A stretch of 50,601 bases of DNA from contig JAJZYR010000005.1 in the NCBI GenBank assembly GCA_021797995.1, positions 1 to 50,601 on the forward strand, given 5' to 3'. This DNA comes from Candidatus Micrarchaeota archaeon (lineage in GTDB: Archaea; Micrarchaeota; Micrarchaeia; Micrarchaeales; CABMGC01). Position numbers and translations under genes: made by a program. Below are positions 1-10,166 of the stretch, piece by piece. The notes under the pieces were generated by a model, which had not been told where the DNA came from, did no database searches, and saw only the letters and a list, made by a program, of their open reading frames with translations. Each line of letters begins with the position of its first letter. Within the stretch, counting starts at the first letter, position 1.

Positions 1-28
1 TAGATGCAATTGCCTCTTTCCTGGTTAG

Positions 29-934
29 TTACCTTCTCTTCAGGAGCTCCTTCTCTACGCGGAGGAGCAGGTCAAGGATGAGTCCGCCGAGTATAGAGAG
101 GAAACCGAGTACTACGAGCATGAATGCGATCAGCGCCCTGCCTATCTCGTTCAGGGTGCCTGTGTAGAGGTAGTTCGAGATCACGAATGCGCCTACTACA
201 ATGCCCAGGATTATCAGGACTAATCCTATGCTCCCGAAGAGCAGCAATGGGTTGTAGTCCCTTGCGAACCGTATCGTGTGCCTTGCGATGTTCATCCCAT
301 ACACCGGCTTTGCCCTGGAGATCTGCGATGTCGAGCCGACCCTTGGCCTGTAGCTTATCGGTATGTCAACCAATTTAAACCCGCGCCTAGCTAGCTCAAT
401 CTCGAAGAAGAGGGTGCCTGCCCTGTACGTCTCCTCTTCCCTTATCGACTCGAAGGCCTTCCTGGTCATGGCGAATGACCCTGAAAGCCCGTCGTGTATC
501 CTCTGCTTGTAGAGCAACCTGTACAGCCATGTCAGGAACTTGTTGCCGAACGCGATTGTAGGGGTCATTGCACCCCTGTGCAGCTTTCCGAACCTGTTCC
601 CGCTGACAAAGTCGGCCTTGCCAGATGCCACTGCGGAGACAACACGCCTGAAATCCTCCACGGAGTACGTGCCGTCAGGGTCTATGGTTGAGATTATGCC
701 TCCCCTGGCAGCACGGAATCCCTCCATAAGGGCATTTTCGTATCCTGAGGAGCTCTGTGTGATCACCCTTGCCCCTGTCCTTACTAGCTCCTTCCTGTTC
801 TTCTCATTGCTCTTGTCTATGACAATTATCTCGGCAGACTTGCCGAACGAGCGGACGAGCTCCAGGATGGTCTTGGGAGCGTCAGGCTCGTTCATCGTAG
901 GCGCGATGATGCTCAGTTCAGGCATATGGCACAC
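29..934 (-). CDS. GT2 glycosyltransferase, dolichol-phosphate glycosyltransferase-like, with two C-terminal TM helices
   Basis: LSIIAPTMNE, GYENALMEGF, IDPDGTY (DxD) and VSGNRF motifs; hydrophobic C-terminus; real start probably MPELS at about 925. Confidence 0.85.
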   Translation of the reverse strand: MCHMPELSIIAPTMNEPDAPKTILELVRSFGKSAEIIVIDKSNEKNRKELVRTGARVITQSSSGYENALMEGFRAARGGIISTIDPDGTYSVEDFRRVVSAVASGKADFVSGNRFGKLHRGAMTPTIAFGNKFLTWLYRLLYKQRIHDGLSGSFAMTRKAFESIREEETYRAGTLFFEIELARRGFKLVDIPISYRPRVGSTSQISRAKPVYGMNIARHTIRFARDYNPLLLFGSIGLVLIILGIVVGAFVISNYLYTGTLNEIGRALIAFMLVVLGFLSILGGLILDLLLRVEKELLKRR

Positions 935-1075
935 GTGTTGTTAAAGTGGGAATATAACTTTATATTTCTAGTACTCTATTAGACTGGTTGGCTTTGCAGT
1001 TGCAGGACACAGAAGCATGCGGTTGCAGGGCCTGGAAATATACGGTTGCAACAGGAACCGTAGCGGAGGATAGAG

Positions 1076-1447
1076 ATGGACTGCCCATTGTGCAGGATCG
1101 ACGAGCGGAAGGAGAAGATACGCCTGGTAACAAGGGACATAATGGTAGTTGATACGATAACTCCGAAGGGCCACAGGGGCAGGATAATGTGCCTCTACAG
1201 AAAGCACACAAAGAAGCTCGCCCCGTTGGTAAGGAGGAGGGTGATGGCCGAGTTCCGCAACTTCTGCATACCCTACTTCTTCTCCTACACTGACCGCTTC
1301 TCGATACACAAGGACACGTTCAGCACAATACCTGGCCACTGGCACGTAGTCGCATCTGACCTCGACAGGAAAGCCGAGGACTACAGGCAGATACTGAAGA
1401 CACCGAGAACTGAGTACAGACTCAAGACAAGGGATGTGGAAGTATGA
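1076..1447 (+). CDS. HIT-like hypothetical protein
   Basis: N-terminal CPLC and C-terminal IPGHWHVV resemble the HIT fold Zn site and a degenerate histidine triad; GGAGG upstream. Confidence 0.5.
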   Translation: MDCPLCRIDERKEKIRLVTRDIMVVDTITPKGHRGRIMCLYRKHTKKLAPLVRRRVMAEFRNFCIPYFFSYTDRFSIHKDTFSTIPGHWHVVASDLDRKAEDYRQILKTPRTEYRLKTRDVEV

Positions 1448-1573
1448 ACGGTGTCAAGCCAAGGCTGCTCCTCATAGGGAACACGCTGGAGACCTTCGGA
1501 GGCGGGGAAAGATGGCTTTTGGAAGTTGCAACGTTGCTGAAAAATAAGTACAGAATAAAGCTCTGTAGAAATG
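1444..1573 (+). pseudogene. 5' stub of a GT4 glycosyltransferase, cut by an IS200/IS605 remnant
   Basis: MNGVKPRLLLIGNTLETFGGGERWLLEVATLL is a typical GT4 N-terminus (GGxE); similarity stops at the IS hairpins. Confidence 0.65.
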
Positions 1574-1915
1574 GTGACAATAAGGGGCTAACGCCCCTTA
1601 TGAACCCCACGCACGAGCGCTCCATCCCCCGACTACGTCGGGGGTATTTGGAGCGCTCGACGCAACGCACCGTCAGTTGAATAGTCTCCTCTGTTTCTCG
1701 CTGTAACTCTGAGACACATCCTGCCGTCGTATATAGTTCTGGATTATGTGTTCTCCGACGGGTCCTACACTACTGTTGCTGTACTGGTATCCCCAGAAGC
1801 TCCCGCGTGGATAGAGTTTTCTGAAATTCGGAATCTTCTGGAAGATTACCGATGCAGAATGGCTCTTCAGAATCTGGATTACCTGAATCACTGACAAGGT
1901 ATTCGGTATGTCAAG
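1574..1915 (-). mobile_element. tnpA: IS200/IS605-family remnant: C-terminal half of TnpA (Y1) plus end hairpins
   Basis: IPNTLSVIQVIQILKSHS...RGSFWGYQYSNSSVG...IQNYIRRQ matches the Y1 C-terminus including the catalytic Tyr; HUH part missing; hairpins at 1580-1601 and 1615-1658; TCAC on minus at 1574-1577. Confidence 0.75.
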
Positions 1916-2271
1916 TCCGATACATTCTTATTCTTTGCATGAGTTCCACTCATCATATTATCGCTTCGGCGGCGAAATTTCCGGTCGCGTCAAATCCGCG
2001 GCCACTCGCCGTCAGAAGAATCTGGAGGAAAAGATGTATATTTACTGCAGGACTAGACCCTTAAACCCCCAACGAGGTTGGGGGAATATCTTTGGTATTT
2101 ACAAAGAAATATCGTCGATAAACTAAAGCTTTCGAGGCAACTGCCTGTTAACATTATATTGCAAAAATGAGTTCAGAAAGGTAGGTTAAAAGGCCTCTGG
2201 TTTCCTCGCGCTTTTTATACTCTTGCATGGGAATATTATTGCTAATCTTATAATTGGATTGAGGAGTCAGG

Positions 2272-3489
2272 ATGATCCATAGGCATTCGTGCATAGTATG
2301 CGGCAGTGAAGACCTTCACAAAGTACTTGATCTTGGTATGATGCCAAGCTCCAACAATCTTGTTGAGAAGAGCCAGCTGAAGAGTGTGAAGAGCTATCCT
2401 CTCGTCTACTATATCTGCACTAACTGCAGTATGTTCCAGTTGCTTGACATAGCCGATAGGGAGGAACTTTTCGACAACTACCTTTACATGACCGGAGTAA
2501 ATAAAGAATTGGTGAAACACTTCGAAGAAATGATAATTGATGAAGTCGTAAAGCCTGGCAATGGGAACGGATTCGGAGTTGTAGTGGGCTCGAATGACGG
2601 CTCAGAAGTAAAATTGCTTAAGGAGACAGGAGGCTTCAAACGGGCCATAGGTGTAGACCCTGCAAAGAACCTGGCCATAATAGCCAATGAGAACGGCATA
2701 TACACAATAAATGATTTTTTTACTGAAAGACTTGGTCAAAAGATTGTCAGTGAGTTTGGTAAGGCAGATTTTGTTACGGCAAACAACGTTTTCGCGCATA
2801 TACCTGATCCTTCAGACATGCTCAAGGGAATGAAGGTCTTGATAAAGGATACTGGTTTCATAATAATAGAGGTTCATTGGCTTAAGAGCATAGTGGAGAA
2901 GCTTGAATTTGAAACACTTTACACAGAGCACTATTATGTATGGTCTGTAAAGTCGATGGATAAACTGTCAGAGAAATGCGGCCTTAATATGGTCGATGTC
3001 AAGTATATGCCAAAGCAGCATGGGGGTTCATTACGATTCAAGTTCATGCTAAGTGGTAAAAATGATCTAAGGCTTGAGTCTGATGAGGAGAAAGCGGGAC
3101 TCTATGACATGAAAATGATGACAGATTTACAGTCGAGAGCAAACCGAAGGAAGGAGGAGTTTATGAAGCTTGTGAACAAGTTAAAGAATAACGGGAAGCG
3201 CATAGCCATTTGGTCCGTCCCTGCGAAAGTACCGACCTTGCTTAATTTCTGTGGGATAACTTCGAAGGAAATCGACTGTGCCTACGAAATTGTGCCGAGT
3301 AAGATAGGCAGGTACATACCAAAAGCAGGGATAGAGGTAAAGGATGAGAAACTTATAAATAGTGACAAGCCCGATTATTTAATCATAGGAGCATGGAACT
3401 ACATGGATTTTGCAAAGGAGAAACTTAAGTGGTATACAGCTCAGGGAGGAAAACTAATCGATCCGCTGAGTGGTAAAGTCCTAGAATGA
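2272..3489 (+). CDS. NDP-hexose C-methyltransferase (class I SAM, Zn-binding N-terminus)
   Basis: CIVCGS...LDLG.MP..N...CTNC, GSNDG, GVDPA, ANNVFAHIPD, YTEHYY, HGGSLR, IIGAWNY. Confidence 0.85.
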   Translation: MIHRHSCIVCGSEDLHKVLDLGMMPSSNNLVEKSQLKSVKSYPLVYYICTNCSMFQLLDIADREELFDNYLYMTGVNKELVKHFEEMIIDEVVKPGNGNGFGVVVGSNDGSEVKLLKETGGFKRAIGVDPAKNLAIIANENGIYTINDFFTERLGQKIVSEFGKADFVTANNVFAHIPDPSDMLKGMKVLIKDTGFIIIEVHWLKSIVEKLEFETLYTEHYYVWSVKSMDKLSEKCGLNMVDVKYMPKQHGGSLRFKFMLSGKNDLRLESDEEKAGLYDMKMMTDLQSRANRRKEEFMKLVNKLKNNGKRIAIWSVPAKVPTLLNFCGITSKEIDCAYEIVPSKIGRYIPKAGIEVKDEKLINSDKPDYLIIGAWNYMDFAKEKLKWYTAQGGKLIDPLSGKVLE

Positions 3490-3498
3490 ATTGATTTT

Positions 3499-4455
3499 AT
3501 GAAGATACTCATAGCAGGCGTCAGTGGGTTCATAGCCACAAACCTAGTCGAGTACTATCTGGCCAGAGGTTCTGCAGATATAATAGGGATATCGAAGGCG
3601 CCTAAGACAGGATCGGAAATTAGGAGAATCGAATCACTTTCTGCAAAGTCAAATGGAAGATTCACATTTAGGCCATGTAACCTGAGAGATAGTATGCAGC
3701 TCAAAAGCATCCTTGACAAGGAGATGCCTGATCTAATAATAGACCTGGCTGCACGATCATCTGTACCGGAAAGCTTTATACATCCATATGAGTTTTACAA
3801 GGACAATGTAGAGACTGTGGTAAATCTAGTCGAATGGCTGCGACACAGTAGCCCGTCTACAAGGGCAATATACTTCAGCACAGAAGCCGTGCTTACAGCA
3901 ACGGGATCTGGTGCCGCCATGGAGCACCTAAATCCGATGAATCCATATGCGGCAAGCAAGGCTGCAGCAGAGCAATATGTGCATGCGTACAATGGTTGCT
4001 TCGACGAAAAAATACAGATAGTGAGACCGACTAACAATTACGGGCCGTATCAGATGCCTAACAGGCTTATAGCAAAGGTTATCGTCAACTGCCTAAATAA
4101 AAACAAGTTCAGGATATACAGGGAAGCGTTACCACCTACGAAAAGGTGGTGGACTTATGTTGAGGACACTTGTGCTGCAGTTGACTTGATATCGAGCAAG
4201 GGAGAACCAAACGGAGTCTATGACATAGTGCCAAAAGACAGACTCTGCGTTGAAGATGTCGTGCACAAGATACTTAAAATGGCAGACTGCGAAAATCTAT
4301 TGGAAGGTTACATGGAGAAGCGCGCCCTCGACAAAGAGGCATACGTATTGGACAGTGCAGAACTATCAAAGCTAGGATGGAAACCGAAATATAGTATTAA
4401 CAAGGGACTTGAGAAGACCTTTGAATGGTACAAGAAGAATTTGAACTTGTTTTGA
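3499..4455 (+). CDS. NAD-dependent epimerase/dehydratase (extended SDR), RmlB-like with altered acid residues
   Basis: GVSGFIA, YAASK, RPTNNYGPYQ; STEAV in place of STDEV. Confidence 0.85.
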   Translation: MKILIAGVSGFIATNLVEYYLARGSADIIGISKAPKTGSEIRRIESLSAKSNGRFTFRPCNLRDSMQLKSILDKEMPDLIIDLAARSSVPESFIHPYEFYKDNVETVVNLVEWLRHSSPSTRAIYFSTEAVLTATGSGAAMEHLNPMNPYAASKAAAEQYVHAYNGCFDEKIQIVRPTNNYGPYQMPNRLIAKVIVNCLNKNKFRIYREALPPTKRWWTYVEDTCAAVDLISSKGEPNGVYDIVPKDRLCVEDVVHKILKMADCENLLEGYMEKRALDKEAYVLDSAELSKLGWKPKYSINKGLEKTFEWYKKNLNLF

Positions 4456-4464
4456 GGTTTTATA

Positions 4465-5424
4465 TTGAAGACACTAATAACTGGCGTAAACGGTTTCATT
4501 GCAACCAACATGGCCCACTATTATGTGGGTAATACAAAACACGAGATTGTCGGCCTTTCAAAGAATACACACGCCTCTTACGGGCATAGGGATATGATAG
4601 CACTTGCTAATAATAATCCACGATTCAAATACCTTCAGTGCGATTTGCTCGACAGTAACAAGCTTTGGAGTATACTTGATAGGGAAGCTCCGGATCAGAT
4701 AATACACATGGCAGCAGAGGCTGATGTGTCTAGAAGCTTCGAGTATCCATACGACTACCTAAAGACCAACCTAGAGGGAACTCTCAATATACTCGAATGG
4801 ATAAGACGCAACACAGATACAAGGATGGTACACTTTAGTACTGACGAGGTTTTCGGTGAACCGGACCATAGAAGTCTTGAGGAGGAGGTACTTTGCCCAA
4901 AGAACCCTTATTCTGCTAGCAAAGCCGCAACAGAACAGTACGTCAACGCGTATAATGCGTGCTTTGGAACGCAGGTGCAGATGGTAAGGCCAGTAAACAA
5001 TTACGGACCATATCAGGGGACCAACAGGCTTATATCGAAGACGATAATCAGGTGCCTTGAAGATGAGCCGTTCCATCTATTTGCCGAAACCAAGAAGCAT
5101 ACGCGATGGTGGATTTACGTAGAAGATACCTGCAGGGCCGTAGACATGATAATAAGGAAGGGTGAGAAAACAGGCATATATAATGTCACCTCTGATACTG
5201 AAATGGGTGTTGAGGATACCGTAATGTACATACTAGACAAGCTTGAGAAGAAATCGCTCTTTCAAGGATACAATGATTTCAGGCCGAGAGATGACGAAAA
5301 TTACGCACTGGACGGTACAAAACTGAAAAAGCTTGGATGGAAGGAAAAATATACATTCGAGGACGGAATAAGGCAGACAATAGAGTGGTATAGGAAGAAC
5401 ATCAATGACTTCCAGAAGAGGTAG
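4465..5424 (+). CDS. NDP-glucose 4,6-dehydratase-like SDR
   Basis: GVNGFIA, HMAAE, STDEVFG, YSASK, NNYGPYQ; TTG start. Confidence 0.85.
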   Translation: MKTLITGVNGFIATNMAHYYVGNTKHEIVGLSKNTHASYGHRDMIALANNNPRFKYLQCDLLDSNKLWSILDREAPDQIIHMAAEADVSRSFEYPYDYLKTNLEGTLNILEWIRRNTDTRMVHFSTDEVFGEPDHRSLEEEVLCPKNPYSASKAATEQYVNAYNACFGTQVQMVRPVNNYGPYQGTNRLISKTIIRCLEDEPFHLFAETKKHTRWWIYVEDTCRAVDMIIRKGEKTGIYNVTSDTEMGVEDTVMYILDKLEKKSLFQGYNDFRPRDDENYALDGTKLKKLGWKEKYTFEDGIRQTIEWYRKNINDFQKR

Positions 5425-5427
5425 TCA

Positions 5428-6435
5428 TTAATCCATTCTATCATTGTAATTTGTTGACATATGTTTTTTATAGTGCTTATAGAGCTTATATCCCGTTGGT
5501 ATTGCGTTAACCGATGCTTTAATTCTTTTGGGAAGATTGTCTTTCAGTCTTATGCTGGTTATGCTCCTCTTCCTGTTCATCCCTTCTATGGATATCGCAC
5601 TTGATAGAAGTTCTATACCTATCGCCTGGGCCCTTCCGATGGGGCCGTGGTGTTTCAGTGCATAGTATATGTAATTGATCTGGGCGTTATAGAAATTAGT
5701 AAACTTCTTAGATTTACTGGCTACCTGAGATGTTGTGAATCCTTCTAGGTGGACTACATGAGACATGCCGAAATATACTATCTTGTAACCGGCTTTCCTC
5801 ATCCTGATACAATAGTCGACATCCTCACACCCGAAGCAGAATCTCTCATCGAAGAGACCGACTTTGTCCATTGCAGTCTTCCGGATAAGCATCACTGCAC
5901 CAGTGACTCCCTGCACTTCCTCAACTTTATCGTAAATACCTGTATCTCTACTTCCCCTTCCCCTGTTCGCCGCAGTCACACCTATATTCATGCCGCCGTG
6001 TTGGATGTTGCCGTTTGGATAGATAAGTTTGCACCCAACTATGCCAACTTGGTTATTTGCCTCTGCCGTGGCAACCATTTTGCTCAACCAGTCTTTTTTT
6101 TGGAATATCAGGTCGTTGTTGAGCCAGAGTATGTATTTTGTTTTGGGATATTTTCTTGATATATACTTTATTGCCATGTTGGTTTCATACGAGAGACTTA
6201 TGTCCTTCTCATTGATAATGTCAATTTTAGGATATTTTTTCTTTACATGGCTTACAGAGTTGTCGCTGCTGTTTGGGTCTATCATGACTACCTTTAGGTT
6301 ATCGTAATCGGTCTTGGTGAGGGTGCTCAGGCATAGTTCAAGAATTGGTTTCCCCTCGTATTTTATGGACATGCCGTTCCAGTTGAGCACTATTGCAGTT
6401 ACTAATGGATTCTTATTGACCTTTGACATCCACAA
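5428..6435 (-). CDS. GT2 glycosyltransferase (rhamnosyltransferase-like)
   Basis: IVLNWNG, LNND, IVGCKL, FDERF..EDVDYC, HLEG. Confidence 0.85.
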   Translation of the reverse strand: MWMSKVNKNPLVTAIVLNWNGMSIKYEGKPILELCLSTLTKTDYDNLKVVMIDPNSSDNSVSHVKKKYPKIDIINEKDISLSYETNMAIKYISRKYPKTKYILWLNNDLIFQKKDWLSKMVATAEANNQVGIVGCKLIYPNGNIQHGGMNIGVTAANRGRGSRDTGIYDKVEEVQGVTGAVMLIRKTAMDKVGLFDERFCFGCEDVDYCIRMRKAGYKIVYFGMSHVVHLEGFTTSQVASKSKKFTNFYNAQINYIYYALKHHGPIGRAQAIGIELLSSAISIEGMNRKRSITSIRLKDNLPKRIKASVNAIPTGYKLYKHYKKHMSTNYNDRMD

Positions 6436-6480
6436 TACCCATATTTACTATAATAACGTTATAGCCAACCACAAAAGTAA

Positions 6481-6933
6481 TTAGACCTGAAAGCTTAACA
6501 ACGCTTCTATAGGAATCAATGACGCGACACTCTTCACCGTCTCAGGTTTCGGGCGTCTCACGAACCAACTCAGTCTCATTGCGAGTTGTCTTGCATCGGC
6601 AAATTCGTGGTTGTTCAGAAATTTCCGCCGGTCGTGACACCAAACCAATTCCTGTGGATTCAGATCCGGGGAATAAGGCGGCATCCACCTGAGCTTCACT
6701 TTCGGGTGCAATGACAACCAAAGTTTGACAAGTTTCGACTTGTGGACCGGCCCGTTGTCGAGATAGATCCATATTTCCTTTTTATTTTGGTACGCCTTCA
6801 ACACCTTGTCAAGAAACTTTGTCATCGACGGCGCCTTTGCGACCTTTGTAGCCAACTGTATGCGCCTGCCGCTCAAAGGATCCGTCGCGCCGAAAACATT
6901 CAACCTCTCCTTGTGCGGCTGCTTTGCCTTCAC
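6481..6933 (-). mobile_element. IS630-family transposase, 5'-truncated (C-terminal DDE part)
   Basis: LNVFGA, IYLDNGPVHKS, MPPYSPDLNPQELVW motifs. Confidence 0.85.
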
Positions 6934-6979
6934 GATGAGTCATTCCCTAAAACCCAAAGTTAAGGCTTAAATCATGAAA

Positions 6980-7705
6980 CTACATATTGTTTTTTGCTAT
7001 AAACAGCGCAGCCTTAAACAGCGATTCAAATGTTCCTGCATCGAACCAGAAACTATCTATTGGTATTGCCTTTAACCTTCCTTGCTTCAGATACCAATTG
7101 TTGACATCAGTTATTTCTAGCTCGCCTCTCTGGCTTGGCTTAAGTGTCTTGATAAAGTCAAAAACATCACTCGGATAAATATATAAACCAGTAACTGCAA
7201 ATTTTGAGGGCGGTTCCTTGGGCTTTTCTACTATACCAATTATTTCTTTATTTTCATCGAATTTCACCACGCCAAATCTTTCTGGATCTTCTACCTCTTT
7301 TATGTATATATATGCGTTGTTATCTGAAAATGCCTCAGACGGTACTTCTACTTTCTCAAAGATATTGTCACCCAGTATGACTGCAACCTTTTCGTCATTT
7401 TTTACAAATCCTTCTGCCTGTAGCAGCGCATGAGCTATACCTTTTGGCCCATCCTGTACTTTGTGCGTCAATCTTATCGAAAATTCTGCCCCGCTTCCGA
7501 GGAAGCGCATAAAATCAGCTATTTGCTCACCTCCGCTTACTATATATATATCATCGATTCCCAAGCTTTTCAACGTCTCTAATGGGTAAAGTATCATTGG
7601 CTTGTTGTATACCGGCAAAAGATGTTTATTAGTAACTTTTGTGAGCGGGTAAAGCCTAGACCCTGTGCCTCCTGCCAAAATAACCCCCTTTATTTTATAG
7701 TTCAT
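6980..7705 (-). CDS. rmlA: glucose-1-phosphate thymidylyltransferase
   Basis: GVILAGGTGSRLYPLT, KHLLPVYNKPMI, RGELEITD, WFDAGT. Confidence 0.92.
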   Translation of the reverse strand: MNYKIKGVILAGGTGSRLYPLTKVTNKHLLPVYNKPMILYPLETLKSLGIDDIYIVSGGEQIADFMRFLGSGAEFSIRLTHKVQDGPKGIAHALLQAEGFVKNDEKVAVILGDNIFEKVEVPSEAFSDNNAYIYIKEVEDPERFGVVKFDENKEIIGIVEKPKEPPSKFAVTGLYIYPSDVFDFIKTLKPSQRGELEITDVNNWYLKQGRLKAIPIDSFWFDAGTFESLFKAALFIAKNNM

Positions 7706-8670
7706 ATGCCCACCTTTTGGCGATAATAATCTAATTTTTCAGTATAATAATTTATTGTAAGCCGCAAGCCTTCATTAAATTTAGTCTTAGACTTCCAGCC
7801 TAGTTCTTTGATTATCTTCTTTGCATCTATCGCATATCTTACATCATGGCCCGGTCTATCTTCTACAAACTTGATTAACTTTTCATCTTTACCTAAGATT
7901 CGCAATATCGCTCTTACAACGTCTATGTTATGTCTTTCCTCATTTGCAGATATCAGATATGTTTGCCCGTATTCCCCCTTAAGTAGAATTCTTTCGAGTG
8001 CTGAGCAATGATCTTCTACATAGATCCAATCTCTCACTTGCATGCCATTGCCATAAACAGGTATTGGCTTGTTTAATACTGCGTTTATTATGACCTTTGG
8101 TATAAGTTTTTCCGGATGCTGATAGGATCCATAGTTATTGCTGCAGTTTGAAATAGTAACAGGAAGTTTGTAAGTGTTGAAATACGCGTTTACAAGATGG
8201 TCCGCTGCTGCTTTTGTTGCAGAATATGGGTTTCTTGGATTATATTTGCTTTTTTCTGTGAATTTTGCATGCGAATTGAGCGGAAGTGTGCCATATACTT
8301 CATCTGTAGAAACTTGATGAAACCTAATACCATATCTTCGCGCAACTTCTAAAAGATTATAAACACCTAAAACATTTGATTTAACAAAGTCTTTCGCATT
8401 TCTTATAGAGTTGTCTACATGCGTTTCAGCTGCAAAATTTATTATAGCATCTACATTTTTTGCTACTTTTAATACTGTTTCCTTATTTGCTATATCTTCT
8501 CTTACAAATACATAGTTATATTTGCTTTCGATTCCATCTAGATTATGGAAATCTGCAGCATAGGTTACTTTATCGATGTTTATTATTGTGTCCTTGCCGT
8601 GCTTCTTAAACCAATACCTTATAAAGTTAGAACCTATAAAACCTAACCCACCGGTGACAAGCAATTTCAT
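7702..8670 (-). CDS. rmlB: dTDP-glucose 4,6-dehydratase
   Basis: TGGLGFIGSNF, AAETHVD, STDEVYG, YSATK, DRPGHDVRYA. Confidence 0.95.
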   Translation of the reverse strand: MKLLVTGGLGFIGSNFIRYWFKKHGKDTIINIDKVTYAADFHNLDGIESKYNYVFVREDIANKETVLKVAKNVDAIINFAAETHVDNSIRNAKDFVKSNVLGVYNLLEVARRYGIRFHQVSTDEVYGTLPLNSHAKFTEKSKYNPRNPYSATKAAADHLVNAYFNTYKLPVTISNCSNNYGSYQHPEKLIPKVIINAVLNKPIPVYGNGMQVRDWIYVEDHCSALERILLKGEYGQTYLISANEERHNIDVVRAILRILGKDEKLIKFVEDRPGHDVRYAIDAKKIIKELGWKSKTKFNEGLRLTINYYTEKLDYYRQKVGI

Positions 8671-9563
8671 TTGCGCACCTTTTCAAACTCTGCTCTAAAG
8701 ATCTTTACAGCATCAGATATTGTAAGCATCTTTGTCTTTGCAGCCTTTTCTGCCTTGGACACATTAAGTGACACTTTTTGCGGTCTCTTCGCAGGCTGAT
8801 TAAGTTCTGATGTTGTTATTGGTTTGATCAATTTTTTGTTTAAACCAAACTCATTTGCCACTATCTTTGCGAATTCATACCTGTTTATAGTGTTTTTACC
8901 TGCTACATTGAACAATCCGCTTTTGTCTTTTTCATAAAGAGCGATTAAAGTTTCAGCAAGACTATTTGTAAGGGTGGGATTGTTGTATTGATCTATTACA
9001 ACCCTAATCTCCTTATTAGCTCTGAGTTGCTCTACAACCCAGGTTGGGAATGGAGTTTTATCGTGGCTCTTACTTATGCCAAACAACACGGCCGTCCTTG
9101 CGATTATATAATCTAGATCTAATGCTTCTATTACTTTTTCTACGATTAGTTTTGTTTTGCCGTAATAGTTTATCGGATGCGGTTTGTCCTTCTCTGAATA
9201 CAGTGTGGCCTTGGTGCCGTCATACACATAATCTGTAGAGATAAAGATTAACTTGCAACCGTTTGTTTTGCAGGCTTCGGCTACATTTTTTGTGCCTTCG
9301 ACATTTGTCTTCCAGGCTTCTTCTAGGTGCAGTTCGCAATAATCAACATTGCTTACTGCATGCGTATCTACTACCAAATCTGGCTTTACCTCATCAAAAA
9401 GCCTAAATACATTGTCTCTTTTTACTACATCCAGCTGATGCATATTTTTAAACTCTGGCTTGTGGATATTATAGGTTCCATGCACCTCGTAATCTTCACT
9501 GCAAGATTCGTAGAGCTTGCTTCCTAACAGGCCACTTGCACCGATTATTAGAAGTTTATCCAT
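8667..9563 (-). CDS. rmlD: dTDP-4-dehydrorhamnose reductase
   Basis: GASGLLG, ISTDYVYDG, YYGKTK, DQYNNPT, AKRP. Confidence 0.93.
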   Translation of the reverse strand: MDKLLIIGASGLLGSKLYESCSEDYEVHGTYNIHKPEFKNMHQLDVVKRDNVFRLFDEVKPDLVVDTHAVSNVDYCELHLEEAWKTNVEGTKNVAEACKTNGCKLIFISTDYVYDGTKATLYSEKDKPHPINYYGKTKLIVEKVIEALDLDYIIARTAVLFGISKSHDKTPFPTWVVEQLRANKEIRVVIDQYNNPTLTNSLAETLIALYEKDKSGLFNVAGKNTINRYEFAKIVANEFGLNKKLIKPITTSELNQPAKRPQKVSLNVSKAEKAAKTKMLTISDAVKIFRAEFEKVRK

Positions 9564-9614
9564 GAATTTTATTTATATGGTTAAATATTTAAATGTTAAT
9601 ATCATTAAATCATT

Positions 9615-10151
9615 ATGCCATTTGAATTTAAGCGATTAGAAATTCCGGATGTAATTTTAATAACCCCAAAAGTCTTCTATGACGAACGCGGCTTCTTCAT
9701 GGAAACCTACCAAAAGGATGAGTTCACAAAAGCAGGGATAGCTAGTGAATTTGTACAGCAAAACCACTCAAAGTCAGTTAAAGGTGTATTAAGGGGCTTA
9801 CATTATCAAAAAGAACCGTATGCACAAGCAAAGCTTGTTAGATGCGTAAGAGGCGAGATATTTGATGTAGCTGTTGATATAAGAAAAAATTCACCCACTT
9901 TTGGTAAATATGTTTCTACGATACTTTCAGAAGAAAACAAGAATATGCTTCATATTCCAAGAGGATTTGCGCATGGTTTTGAAGTTTTGAGCGATGAGGC
10001 AGAAGTGGTATACAGCGTGGATAATATCTACTCAAAAGACAGCGAGTCGGGAATTATCTGGAATGATCCCAATATAAGAATTGAATGGCCTATAAAAGAG
10101 CTGATACTATTGGAGAAAGACAAGCGATGGCCGTATATGGAAAAGTTATAG
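9615..10151 (+). CDS. rmlC: dTDP-4-dehydrorhamnose 3,5-epimerase
   Basis: DERGFFME, GVLRGLHYQ, GFAHGF. Confidence 0.95.
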   Translation: MPFEFKRLEIPDVILITPKVFYDERGFFMETYQKDEFTKAGIASEFVQQNHSKSVKGVLRGLHYQKEPYAQAKLVRCVRGEIFDVAVDIRKNSPTFGKYVSTILSEENKNMLHIPRGFAHGFEVLSDEAEVVYSVDNIYSKDSESGIIWNDPNIRIEWPIKELILLEKDKRWPYMEKL

Positions 10152-10166
10152 TAAATCTGACCATAG

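Noticed and set aside
1908-2126. Possible IS5-like transposase tail and terminal repeat, also GAGTCATTCCCTAAAA at about 6938
   Set aside because: Similarity is too weak to call without a search.
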